In this document: in pieces, positions 27,047 to 35,865 of the stretch
Layout: each line of letters starts with the position of its first letter
Numbering within the stretch: the stretch's first letter is position 1
Origin: Candidatus Eiseniibacteriota bacterium
GTDB lineage: Bacteria; Eisenbacteria; RBG-16-71-46; JABDJR01; JAWXBZ01
Reading direction: 5' to 3'
Assembly: GCA_034440375.1 (NCBI GenBank)
Contig: JAWXBZ010000075.1
Coordinates: 1-39,371 of the forward strand
DNA: 39,371 bases
Made by a program: the position numbers and the translations under genes
Notes under the pieces: model-generated
Databases searched by the model: none
Seen by the model: only the letters and a program-made list of their open reading frames with translations
What the model was told of the DNA's origin: nothing

Positions 27047-27466
27047 CTAACGTGCGCTGTACAGCCCCCGGCCAGCTCGCTTGAAGCGCCGGTCGCGATG
27101 GAGGGCGGCGCCAAGATTCTGGGTGAAATTGGCGCCGGCCTTGCCACCCTTCTGCTTCAGGACGCGACTTGCCAGCGTGGCGATGTTCATCGGCCGGCCG
27201 CCCCTGACCAGGATCTCGTGGGCCACGTCGCGGACGTTGGGTCCCCGTCCGCGCATACCGACACCCGGAGAGGCGGCACCGCGCCGCGCCGCGGCAAGCA
27301 GTCGCTCCCGCGAACGATGGAAACGGTCGAGAAGCGCGAGACGGTCTTCCAGGTCCCCGATTTCGCGAACCAGCACCGTCAGCGTTTTCCGAATATCACG
27401 AGCATGACGAGCCGCCGTGGCGATACTGGGCTTGCGGCCCCGTCGATTGGCAATGGACATGGGCAT
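27047..27466 (-). CDS. Small basic protein: coiled coil + winged helix-turn-helix (HARE-HTH-like)
   Basis: AAGGAG RBS 8 nt before ATG 27466; 139 aa; NVRDVAHEILVRGGRPM....LA..V.......NLGAALHRDRRFKRAGRGLYS resembles the HARE-HTH pattern. Confidence 0.7.
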   Translation of the reverse strand: MPMSIANRRGRKPSIATAARHARDIRKTLTVLVREIGDLEDRLALLDRFHRSRERLLAAARRGAASPGVGMRGRGPNVRDVAHEILVRGGRPMNIATLASRVLKQKGGKAGANFTQNLGAALHRDRRFKRAGRGLYSAR

Positions 27467-27734
27467 CGATTCGACTCCTTCAGCAGGGACGACGTATTGG
27501 GCGTCGTCCCTCCTTTTGAGAACATACTGATCGTGCGGCGATTCGATCCTAACATTCGCCTTCGTTTGACTCCAAGAATTGCGGGGCAATTCATGATGGA
27601 AAATTGACTGACATTTGATGTGAGTTGCGGAGCGATATGAGAATTCAGGAGAGACAGCCAAAACATGCCGCGATGAATCGCGCATCAAGGAAGACGACAG
27701 GGAATCCCGGCCTCATCCACACGACAAGTCGACA

Positions 27735-29441
27735 CTACAACAAGGACTCCTTGCTGGTCCGATCGACATCGTCGGGCCAGGCCTTGATTCCGGCCAGGAT
27801 CGTCTGAACATCGGAGTCCGGATCGGCGGCGGAGTCAAACAGTCGGGCCGTGTCGCTCCATGGCACCAGCCCGACAGCCCACGCCTGGAAGAGATGCCAG
27901 CCCCATGCCGCGCCGACGGCACAAGCGACGTCTCGCCGCGTGGCCGGACGGATCGCCCAGAAGGGATGGTCGGCGCTCGCGAACGGCGTTCGAGACGGGT
28001 GGCGCCGCGCCGCACGAATCCAGGTGCGGATCCAGGCGCCCTTCAGACCGTGTGAGCGGGCGCCCCAGTCGGGGAAGAGACGGCATTTGCGGTCGGGATT
28101 TACCAGTCTTGAGGCGAAAAAGGCTGCGCCTTCCAGGCGGAGGCATCGGTGGAATTGCGCCCGTCTGTTGTCAATGTCGCCTTTAGGGGCGATCTCTTCC
28201 GGCCCGCGGTCAAGCCGGACCAGGCGAAGCCGGGCGGATGCGGGCACCTCGAGTCGTCGTCGAATGGCCTCCTCCGCGAGTCGATGGATGGGGGCGTGGC
28301 CGAGGAGCAGGGTACGGGCCTTCGGCACCCAAATCAGGCCGCCGTCGCGCAATCGCCGCTTCCAGGTGGCCACGCGCTCCGTGGTCACGCCGGCCAGCCG
28401 GGAGGTTCGCTCAAGGGCGACCTCGTCATCCTGTCCAATGACATGGTACGGCGGCGCCGGCCCGAGCCCCAGATGCCGGGCCAGCACCTCATCGACCTCC
28501 TGGAAGGCGAGCGCCGGATCGAAAAGCGGCCAGTCGCCCGCCTCAAACGGGTCGGTGCTGGCCGTGGCCCCGGGCTGGCGCGATGCCCATAGTCGATTCG
28601 AGTCCGCCTTGACGAGGGGCGTCGTGTTGAGGACGCAGAAGAGATTCGACCCGCGGCGCGCGACAGCCGGCGCACCCGCGGGCCGTTGGAGCGCGGCATG
28701 CAAACGCTCGTGATTCTGGTGAATCACGAGGATTCGGGGCGCAAGTCCTCTGGATTTGGCGTAGGCGCGAATCAGGCGCGGGAGATGTGCCCGCGCCACG
28801 TGCCAGTCTCCGGCCAGGAGATGAATTCTTCCGTGCGGCGCCGTCTGCCATCGATCAACGACAAGCCTCGCGGCGTGCTCGTCACGCTTGTGCAAACGGC
28901 CTCGCGCCACGCCCGGTTCGAAGTTGATGGCCAGGACATCGAGTCCCTTCTCGCGCGCAAAGCGAAGGAGTGCCCCGTAATGCTGCCAGTCAAATCCCCA
29001 CCGATGATCGAAGGCGATGGCTTCACGGAGTGCCGCAAGCCCCATGCGGCCGGACAGATATCGATCGATCAGGGGCTGGTCGGCCGAGTGAAGCATTTCG
29101 AGGGCCAGCGTGGCGGGACGCTCATCCCGCGGGAGGAGCCGGCGCAGGAGACGGATCAGCAGGCGCTGGGAGGCCGGAAGGGTGTGGTAGTCACCGGAGA
29201 GGATCATGTCGGACTCAGCCAGTGCCTCCTCGAGATCGGCCACCGGACAGGGTGTCCAGACGCCCCGGAAATCGGCCTCATAGGCCTTCCGGTAGCGCTT
29301 CAGTTCGACCGTCATGAGGCCGATAACATCCCGAAGGTCGTCCTGCCACCGGGAGATCAGGTTCCCATGCAACCGGGCGATCCGCTCGCGGGCCCGGTGC
29401 ACGCGGCGAGTACGGAGGGAGGATTCAGGGTGTCGCGTCAT
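27735..29441 (-). CDS. ChaN-like (EreA/ChaN/Tiki superfamily) protein with C-terminal extension
   Basis: ILSGDYHT, LALEML...DQPLIDRYLSG, WGFDWQHY..LLRFARE.GL.V.AIN, RDEHAA, LAGDWHV motifs. Start uncertain (29450, 29441 or GTG 29402). Confidence 0.75.
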   Translation of the reverse strand: MTRHPESSLRTRRVHRARERIARLHGNLISRWQDDLRDVIGLMTVELKRYRKAYEADFRGVWTPCPVADLEEALAESDMILSGDYHTLPASQRLLIRLLRRLLPRDERPATLALEMLHSADQPLIDRYLSGRMGLAALREAIAFDHRWGFDWQHYGALLRFAREKGLDVLAINFEPGVARGRLHKRDEHAARLVVDRWQTAPHGRIHLLAGDWHVARAHLPRLIRAYAKSRGLAPRILVIHQNHERLHAALQRPAGAPAVARRGSNLFCVLNTTPLVKADSNRLWASRQPGATASTDPFEAGDWPLFDPALAFQEVDEVLARHLGLGPAPPYHVIGQDDEVALERTSRLAGVTTERVATWKRRLRDGGLIWVPKARTLLLGHAPIHRLAEEAIRRRLEVPASARLRLVRLDRGPEEIAPKGDIDNRRAQFHRCLRLEGAAFFASRLVNPDRKCRLFPDWGARSHGLKGAWIRTWIRAARRHPSRTPFASADHPFWAIRPATRRDVACAVGAAWGWHLFQAWAVGLVPWSDTARLFDSAADPDSDVQTILAGIKAWPDDVDRTSKESLL

Positions 29442-29699
29442 GCCTATCATTTCGTCAGAAACCGAGAATTCTGGACTCTTTACTGGACCATGATCATGGG
29501 CGCCCTCTTTTGGGGCGGATTCTGGTCGGTTTTGGCGTGGCGATTTCTTCATTTCAACCAGCAGGCACTCCTGTTCCTGGCATCCATCTCGATAACATCC
29601 TCCCTCTGCCTCGGGTTCACCCTCTATTTTCGCCTGCGGGTGGTCATTGAGGAAGCGGCCCGCCGGCTGGTCGACAGGGATCTCGACCTCGAGGCTTGA
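29430..29699 (+). CDS. Small hypothetical membrane protein (2 TM)
   Basis: GGAGGGAGGA RBS then GTG 29430; 89 aa with two hydrophobic helices and a charged C-terminal tail. It is the 3' part of track ORF 28686..29699. Confidence 0.6.
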   Translation: MSRHAYHFVRNREFWTLYWTMIMGALFWGGFWSVLAWRFLHFNQQALLFLASISITSSLCLGFTLYFRLRVVIEEAARRLVDRDLDLEA

Positions 29700-29760
29700 G
29701 CCGTCGTCGTAAACCAATTGATTACAAACAGTTCGAATTGCCCCCTAAAGTGACTTCGAC

Positions 29761-29790
29761 TTGACACAAGGGCACCGACACGCTTAATTT
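29761..29790 (+). promoter_or_regulatory. Putative sigma70 promoter for the DUF507 pair
   Basis: TTGACA (29761-29766), 18 bp, TAATTT (29785-29790), with AT-richer upstream DNA. Confidence 0.55.
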
Positions 29791-29829
29791 TGTGCGTGGC
29801 AGGCCGATTTCGACCGTGGGGGTTCCGTC

Positions 29830-30111
29830 GTGCGACTATCCGAACGAAAGATACGTTACCTCTCCGAGCGGATCGTCACCTGGATGGAACGGCGGGGGGA
29901 TGTGGAGTTCGTCGGTCGCCCCGAAATCGTGGAACTGGCCGTGGCCAGGGCTGTCACCCTGGAACTGAAAATCGAGGATGACCTCGACGACGAGGTGGAA
30001 CGCGTTCTGGCGGGCTACCAGAACCAGATTCGCGGCCAGAACATGGACATGATGCTCCTCCGGCAGAAAATCAAATCGCAGCTCGCCCGGGAGAAGGGGA
30101 TCGTCCTGTGA
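29830..30111 (+). CDS. DUF507-family protein
   Basis: 93 aa; MRLSERKIRYLS...ELKIEDDLDDEVERVL...IKSQLAREKGIVL pattern. Confidence 0.8.
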   Translation: MRLSERKIRYLSERIVTWMERRGDVEFVGRPEIVELAVARAVTLELKIEDDLDDEVERVLAGYQNQIRGQNMDMMLLRQKIKSQLAREKGIVL

Positions 30112-30389
30112 GGCTCAACGAGAAACGAATCGACCGGATGGCCGCCTCGATCCTGGATCATCTTCTCGAAGAAGACCTGGTTGATTTCAAGCCGACCACG
30201 CGTCAAATGACCATGGAACTGGCCCGGTTTATCACCGCCGACCTGGCCATTGAAGACGAGATCACGCAGGAAGCAATGGAAAAGCTGAACACCTACTCGC
30301 GAAAGATTCCCGAGGGAACAACCGAGTGGATGCTCCTGTTGGCCAAGCACAAGGACGAGATCGCCTCGAAGCGCGGCTACACCCTCTGA
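30108..30389 (+). CDS. DUF507-family protein (second paralogue)
   Basis: 93 aa; MRLNEKRIDRMA...DLAIEDEI...KLNTYSRKIPEGTTEW.LL..KHKDEIASKRG; GTGA overlap with the first copy. Confidence 0.8.
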   Translation: MRLNEKRIDRMAASILDHLLEEDLVDFKPTTRQMTMELARFITADLAIEDEITQEAMEKLNTYSRKIPEGTTEWMLLLAKHKDEIASKRGYTL

Positions 30390-30519
30390 TCGCAACCGCC
30401 TGGCCGGGCGGTCATGCAGGAAAGGCCCGGGGGGCGCCGACCTGCTGGCAACAGACGACACCTGATGTGGCCCTGGACTGGGGGAACCGTGACTCCCGGC
30501 ACCCGGTACAAGGGAACGC

Positions 30520-31659
30520 ATGGACGACCTGAAATGCTGGCGAGAAGAGAGGGCGGCCCGTCGAACCAAACGACGGAATGAGGCCGCCACCGGATCCCCC
30601 GAAGCTCCTGATGAACAGGTGCGTTCTCAGCTCAACCTGTTTTCCGCGCAGCCGCACTCACTTGCCGCTTCGGCATCCAAGTTCCTTCCGAAAACCGATG
30701 TCATTCTGTCAAGCGATCCCGGCCTGGCACCCCGCGCGCTCCGCCGCCGGGAACTGATGGCTCGCGCGGCCGCGCATCGATCGAACGGACCCATGGCACC
30801 GCTGCATCTCTGGCCGGAGCCTGAGCGCATCTCGCCGGTCCATCCGGCGTGGGACATTCCCCGCAACAAGAGGTTACGCGTTGGCGTGATCACCAGCCTC
30901 GTGTTTCACCTGATCGCCATTCCCGTCTTCCTGCTCGGAACGAAGATCGACTTCAGTATTTTTGGCAAGCCGATTCCCGAGGAGAGACTTGTCGGACGCA
31001 TCCAGCTGGTGGCGCTGCCGCCGGTCAAGGGGCAGGGGGGGGTGGGCCTGCGGCCCATTCAGAATGAGCCGCCTCCCAGGCCGCCCGAGAAGCCGCCGGA
31101 CAACAGGGTGCACCCGAAGCCTGCAGCTCCGAAGCCGGCGGTGACCAAGCCGTCGAATTCGAAGCCGGAGCCGACTGTTGATCCAACAGTGTCGCGGCCA
31201 GTGCCAGTGCCCGATCAGGCAACGAAGCCGATCAAAAAACCGTCGGACAATGCCCCGAGGCCGACCACGCCGGCCATCAACAACGACGTGATCGAGGGCC
31301 CGCTGCTCGTCGGAAAAGGGCCCGTCCCCGGCAGTGAAGCCTCGATCGGCGGCTTGAACGGGGTCGACTTCCCGTACAACTATTATCTGGAGCTGCTTCG
31401 AACGAAGATCGCACAAGCCTGGAAGGTGCCGCCCGGCAGTGTGCCGCCGGGGAAGAAAGCCACGGCGCTGGTTACTTTTCGCATCCAGCGGGACGGCAAG
31501 GTGTCCCGTTCCACCCTCGTGGAGCCGTCAGGCCGATCGGACTTTGACCAGTCGGCGTCACGGGCCATCGTCGATGCCCAGCCGTTTCCGCCACTGCCGC
31601 CGGCATTCGGCGGACAGTTTCTTGTCGTGAATTTCCAGTTTGCCTATCAGGGACAATAG
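30520..31659 (+). CDS. TolA/TonB-family energy transducer
   Basis: TM helix with SxxxH motif (ITSLVFHL), Pro/Lys-rich linker, C-terminal FPYNYYL...KI..AW...VTFRIQRDG...SG..DFDQSA.RAI..AQPFPPLP domain; directly upstream of tolB. Start may be 30520, 30757 or 30793. Confidence 0.85.
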   Translation: MDDLKCWREERAARRTKRRNEAATGSPEAPDEQVRSQLNLFSAQPHSLAASASKFLPKTDVILSSDPGLAPRALRRRELMARAAAHRSNGPMAPLHLWPEPERISPVHPAWDIPRNKRLRVGVITSLVFHLIAIPVFLLGTKIDFSIFGKPIPEERLVGRIQLVALPPVKGQGGVGLRPIQNEPPPRPPEKPPDNRVHPKPAAPKPAVTKPSNSKPEPTVDPTVSRPVPVPDQATKPIKKPSDNAPRPTTPAINNDVIEGPLLVGKGPVPGSEASIGGLNGVDFPYNYYLELLRTKIAQAWKVPPGSVPPGKKATALVTFRIQRDGKVSRSTLVEPSGRSDFDQSASRAIVDAQPFPPLPPAFGGQFLVVNFQFAYQGQ

Positions 31660-31671
31660 TCGGGAGGGCCT

Positions 31672-33084
31672 GTGATCGGTTGCGTGAGGCGGGGTGGTGT
31701 GGGAATTTGGGTAGGGCGCGCCGGATGGGCGGCGGCGGTTGCCGTTCTCGGATTGATCCTGACCCGCGGGCCCGAGGCCCTGGCGCAATTGGAAACGGGG
31801 CAACCGCCCGAGCAGGAAGTGACGCTGTCGCTCGAGTTCACGGGCCAGTCGAAATTGAACCTCCTCCTCGAGGCCTTTACCGCTGGCCCCGGGACAACCG
31901 TCTCCGATGCCGACAAGACACGGGGAGTGGTGCAGAACGACCTTGCGCTGACGGACCTTTTCAGCCTGGCGTCGGTGCCGGCCGGCCTCGGCCTCCGGCC
32001 GCCGGCCGATACGACGGGGTGGTCCGGCTACCTGCCCGCCGACGGCGGCATTTACATGTCCATTTCCGATCGGGGCTATCCCGGGGCGCGCTTCCTGGCC
32101 GGCGGAAAGCTCCGGCTGGCCGGCAGCGACCTGGTCCTCGACGCCTGGCTCAAGGAGTATCCCTCGTGCCGCGACATCCTGACCCGCAGTTATCGCGTCC
32201 AGCCGCAGTGGTATCGGGAAGCGGCCCATCGGTTCAGCGATGACATCATCCTGTACCTGACCGGAATCGAAGGGATCAGCCGGACGCGCATCGCGTTCAT
32301 CTCCAACAAGACTGGCAAAAAAGAGCTCTATCTCACGGATCCGGACGGCGAGAATGTCCGGCAACTCACGCGCGACAAGTCGATCGCCCTGTCGCCGGCC
32401 TGGAGTGCCGACGGCAAGCGCCTGGCCTTCGTCTCATTTCGCAAGGGGGATGCCGACCTCTATGCGGTGAATTTGAGCAGCGGCGAAATTGGCTCGATGG
32501 TGTCGCGGCCCGGACCGGAGATCGGTCCTTCCTTCAGCCGCGATGGGCGCCGGTTGGCCTGGTCCTCCACCGTCGGCGGGCAGAGCGAGATTTACGCCGC
32601 CGGCCCGGACGGGCTCTCCCCGCGCCGGCTGACCACCAACCGGGCCATCGACACGGCGCCAGCCTGGTCGCCGACAGGCAACGAGCTGGTGTTCACCAGC
32701 GACCGCTCCGGAAACCCGCAGCTTTACGTGATGGATGCCGAGGGAGGCAGCGTGCGCCGCCTCTCGTGGGAGGGAAACTGGAACGACTCCGCCGACTGGT
32801 CGCCCGATGGCCTCCGGCTCGTCTACGTATCCCGGCGGGGGGGACACTTCAAAATCTGGTCAATGCTGGCCGACGGGGGAGGGCCGGTGGCCATGACCAC
32901 CGGCGGCGGCGACGACGAAAATCCGAAGTGGGCGCCGGACGGCCGCAAGATTGTTTTTTCCAGCACCCGGCAGGGGCGGCGCGCCCTCTACACGATGAAC
33001 TCGGACGGTTCGGGCGTCCGGCGTCTGACAACTCTTGACGCCGAATGCTACGGCACATCCTGGGGACCGCGACTGCCGCGATGA
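31672..33084 (+). CDS. tolB: Tol-Pal system beta-propeller protein TolB
   Basis: AHRFSDDI..YLTG..GI.RTRIAF, repeated P.WSPDG (PD40) motifs, FTSDRSGNPQLYVM. Confidence 0.92.
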   Translation: MIGCVRRGGVGIWVGRAGWAAAVAVLGLILTRGPEALAQLETGQPPEQEVTLSLEFTGQSKLNLLLEAFTAGPGTTVSDADKTRGVVQNDLALTDLFSLASVPAGLGLRPPADTTGWSGYLPADGGIYMSISDRGYPGARFLAGGKLRLAGSDLVLDAWLKEYPSCRDILTRSYRVQPQWYREAAHRFSDDIILYLTGIEGISRTRIAFISNKTGKKELYLTDPDGENVRQLTRDKSIALSPAWSADGKRLAFVSFRKGDADLYAVNLSSGEIGSMVSRPGPEIGPSFSRDGRRLAWSSTVGGQSEIYAAGPDGLSPRRLTTNRAIDTAPAWSPTGNELVFTSDRSGNPQLYVMDAEGGSVRRLSWEGNWNDSADWSPDGLRLVYVSRRGGHFKIWSMLADGGGPVAMTTGGGDDENPKWAPDGRKIVFSSTRQGRRALYTMNSDGSGVRRLTTLDAECYGTSWGPRLPR

Positions 33085-33201
33085 TCGGTGTCTGGTTGCC
33101 GGCATGACGATCATCGAATACACTCGGCGGTATCACCTGCAAATTGAGATGCTGATCGAAGATGAGCCATTCCGATCAAACGGAAGAAGGAGAATCGAAC
33201 A

Positions 33202-33735
33202 ATGTCGATCGTCCGCACCACCGCTAACTGGTCGCTCCTGGTCCTGATTACGGGTTGCGCTCTCATATCAACCGGTTGCTCGAAGAAGAAGACCACCCCA
33301 GCGGATGTCACGCAGACCACGCCGGTCCCGGACAACTCGTCTTCCACGGACACCGGTGACGGCAATGGAGACGCCCCCGTCGACGCCTACCAGGAAGATC
33401 CAAGTCTTCGGGACATTTTCTTCACCTATGACGACCACACGCTGTCCGAAGAAGCCCGTTCTGTACTTTCCGGAAACGCCTCCCATCTCCGCGAGATGGG
33501 AGCCCTCCGTGTCATGGTCGAAGGGCACTGTGACGAGCGCGGGACGGTCGAGTACAACCTGGCTCTTGGCCAGCGTCGCGCCGACGCCACCCGCGACTAC
33601 CTCGTGGACCTGGGCGTGGAAGCCTCCCGCGTGGCCACCATAGCCTACGGCGAGGAGCGTCCGTTCGAGACGGGACACGACGAGTCGGCCTGGTCGCAGA
33701 ATCGTCGGGCGCACTTCCGTGTGACCAATCCCTGA
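33202..33735 (+). CDS. pal: Peptidoglycan-associated lipoprotein Pal
   Basis: AAGGAG RBS; lipobox ISTGC; VEGHCDERGTVEYNLALGQRRA, YGEERP, AWSQNRRAHF. Confidence 0.96.
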   Translation: MSIVRTTANWSLLVLITGCALISTGCSKKKTTPADVTQTTPVPDNSSSTDTGDGNGDAPVDAYQEDPSLRDIFFTYDDHTLSEEARSVLSGNASHLREMGALRVMVEGHCDERGTVEYNLALGQRRADATRDYLVDLGVEASRVATIAYGEERPFETGHDESAWSQNRRAHFRVTNP

Positions 33736-34571
33736 TGAGGCATCCGTTTCACCGCGGCCTGGCAGCTGAAACAGCTGCCGGCCTCCTGCTGATCGCCCTC
33801 GCCACCGGTTGCTCGCCGCGGCAATATTTCCAACAACCGGCGAATGTCGAGGAATCCGTGGAGATGCTTCGCGCCATGAGATCGGAGCAGGCGGCCATGA
33901 CCGGGAAGATCGGCGCGCTCGAGGCGGAATTGCGCTCGCAGGCCACCCGGTCCGCGGAGCGCGAGGCCAACCTGAAAGCGGAACTGACGACGTTGAACGA
34001 AGCTCTCGAGCGCCTGTCCGGTCAGCTCGAAAACCTGGGGGAACAGGTGCAGCGTCGCGCCCGGCCGGCTCCCACGCCAACCTGGCAGCCGACTCCCCCC
34101 CCCATTAGCACCGACCCGTACGGGGGAGGGGCGGTGCCGGACTCTGCTTCAGACCGGACGCCGGCGCCTCCGAATGAATCGCGTCAGTCACCCGTCGGCG
34201 ATCCCGGTGAGTTGTACGATCGCGCCTACCGGGACGTGACCCGCGGAAACTACGAGCTCGCCTCGCAGGGCTTTCGTGAGTTTCTGGATCGACATCCGGG
34301 CGACGACCTGGCGGACAACGCGCAGTACTGGCTGGGAGAATGTTTCTACGTCCAGGACCAGATCAGCGAGGCGGCCCGCGAGTTCGAAAAAGTGGTGAAC
34401 GAGCACCAGCGTGGGGACAAGGTGCCGGCCGCCTGTCTCAAGCTGGGCTACTGCGCCCTGCGCCGAAACGACACGACGGACGCCAAGCGCTGGTTCGACG
34501 AGGTGATCCGGAAATATCCATCGTCGGAAGAGGCCCGATCGGCCCGCAACAAGCTGGCTTCGATCGAATAG
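33735..34571 (+). CDS. cpoB: Tol-Pal TPR protein CpoB (YbgF)
   Basis: Lipobox-like LATGC, coiled coil, C-terminal TPRs with LADNAQYWLGEC.Y and KVPAACLKLG; follows pal. Confidence 0.9.
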   Translation: MRHPFHRGLAAETAAGLLLIALATGCSPRQYFQQPANVEESVEMLRAMRSEQAAMTGKIGALEAELRSQATRSAEREANLKAELTTLNEALERLSGQLENLGEQVQRRARPAPTPTWQPTPPPISTDPYGGGAVPDSASDRTPAPPNESRQSPVGDPGELYDRAYRDVTRGNYELASQGFREFLDRHPGDDLADNAQYWLGECFYVQDQISEAAREFEKVVNEHQRGDKVPAACLKLGYCALRRNDTTDAKRWFDEVIRKYPSSEEARSARNKLASIE

Positions 34572-34586
34572 TCACCGACGGTCGGA

Positions 34587-35750
34587 TCATTCAATGACCG
34601 GCCCTCCGTTGAGTCGCCGATCCCGGACGAGGCGTCGGTAAAGCGCTTCGGTCTGCTCCAGCATCGACGGGAGATCGTAATTCTCCCGCACCTGCGTGGG
34701 GCCAGCCGCCCCGAGTCGTTCCGCCAGTTGTGGCTCGAGAAAGAGGCGCTCGATCGCCTGGGCCATCGCAGTCGGATCGCCCGGCGGCACGATCAGTCCG
34801 GTCTTCCCGTGGACGACCATCTCCGGAATGGAGTTCAGGTCGGAACCGACGACCGGCACCCCGAGGGCCTGGTACTCGAGGGCCACGCGGCAGATGGCTT
34901 CGGAGGAGACGGAGGCAATCAAGCCGACATCCAGAGCCGACATGAGCGGCCGGATGTCATCCTGTCGCGGCAGCAATTTGACGAGTCGTTCGATCCCGAG
35001 GTGCTGGGCACGCTCCCAGAGGAGGGCCGGCGTCAATCCCTCCGGCGCCCCGGCAATGACCAGACGCGCATCCGGAAATCGGCCCGCCAGGCGGCTGAAG
35101 GCTTCGAGCGCGACAAGGTGCCCCTTGGCCTCCGCCAGACGCCCGATGACACCGACAATTCGCGCCCCGCGGGGGAGGCCCAGGGCATCACGGACGTTCC
35201 ATCGGTTTCCGGGTCCGGAGCGAAAGGCCTCGACGTCCAGTCCGGGCCGGATGGTGACCACCCGCTCGGCTCCGATCCGAAAGCCCGCGTAAAAGCGCGG
35301 CCGCATGAACTCGGCGGCCAGGACATGGGCCGCGGTGAGACGCTCGTAGAGCCACCGATTCAGCAGATGGCGGCGCGGAGGACGGACATCGCCGCGCGTC
35401 CGCACCAGGGGTGGTCCCTGTCCGCCGAGAGCCAGGGCCGCCGCCACATGATCATCGGCACGGTGAACATTGATCAGGTCAAACCGGCTCTGGCGGAGGT
35501 ACCGTCCGAATCGATGAATGGTGATCGGGAGGTGGATTGGACCCGGCCGAAAGTCGTAGGCATCCAGTACCTGGAGCCCACGTCGGCGCGCTTCGACCAG
35601 CGGAGGACTGTCGGCAAAGCCGGCCACGACCACGCGATGTCCGCGCGCCGCGAGGCCCGCCGAGAGGTTGATGGCGTACTCGGCGCAGGCGTTGTACCAG
35701 CGCACCGTAACCATCTGGAGGATACGGAGAGGTTCGCTCACGCGCTCCAC
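34587..35750 (-). CDS. Glycosyltransferase family 4
   Basis: LRILQ N-terminus, VGVIGRL...KGH, SEAICRVALEYQALGVPVVGS, EMVVHGKTGLIVPPGD motifs. Confidence 0.9.
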   Translation of the reverse strand: MERVSEPLRILQMVTVRWYNACAEYAINLSAGLAARGHRVVVAGFADSPPLVEARRRGLQVLDAYDFRPGPIHLPITIHRFGRYLRQSRFDLINVHRADDHVAAALALGGQGPPLVRTRGDVRPPRRHLLNRWLYERLTAAHVLAAEFMRPRFYAGFRIGAERVVTIRPGLDVEAFRSGPGNRWNVRDALGLPRGARIVGVIGRLAEAKGHLVALEAFSRLAGRFPDARLVIAGAPEGLTPALLWERAQHLGIERLVKLLPRQDDIRPLMSALDVGLIASVSSEAICRVALEYQALGVPVVGSDLNSIPEMVVHGKTGLIVPPGDPTAMAQAIERLFLEPQLAERLGAAGPTQVRENYDLPSMLEQTEALYRRLVRDRRLNGGPVIE

Positions 35751-35865
35751 GAAATCCGGGAGGGGGTCCTGGCGCCGCCGCCGACGCCTTTCGGAAGAGG
35801 CCCGGGGCTGTTAGGCTGCGCCGCGTTTATCTCAAGTCATTCGGATCGGGTGAAACTATCACAGC

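Noticed and set aside
28686-29429. 5' part of the 337 aa plus-strand ORF 28686..29699
   Set aside because: Antisense shadow of the ChaN-like gene; only the last 89 codons have an RBS and protein-like composition.
29709-29725. Imperfect palindrome GTAAACCAATTGATTAC upstream of the DUF507 promoter
   Set aside because: Single, short and imperfect; cannot be distinguished from chance without comparative data.
25360-29760. Genomic island integrated at tRNA-Leu
   Set aside because: No integrase or transposase, no visible direct repeat of the tRNA 3' end downstream, and the genes have host-like GC content.
30390-30519. Possible ncRNA between DUF507 and tolA
   Set aside because: Only one short GC hairpin (ACCGCC/GGCGGT) with no U-tract and no recognisable family features.
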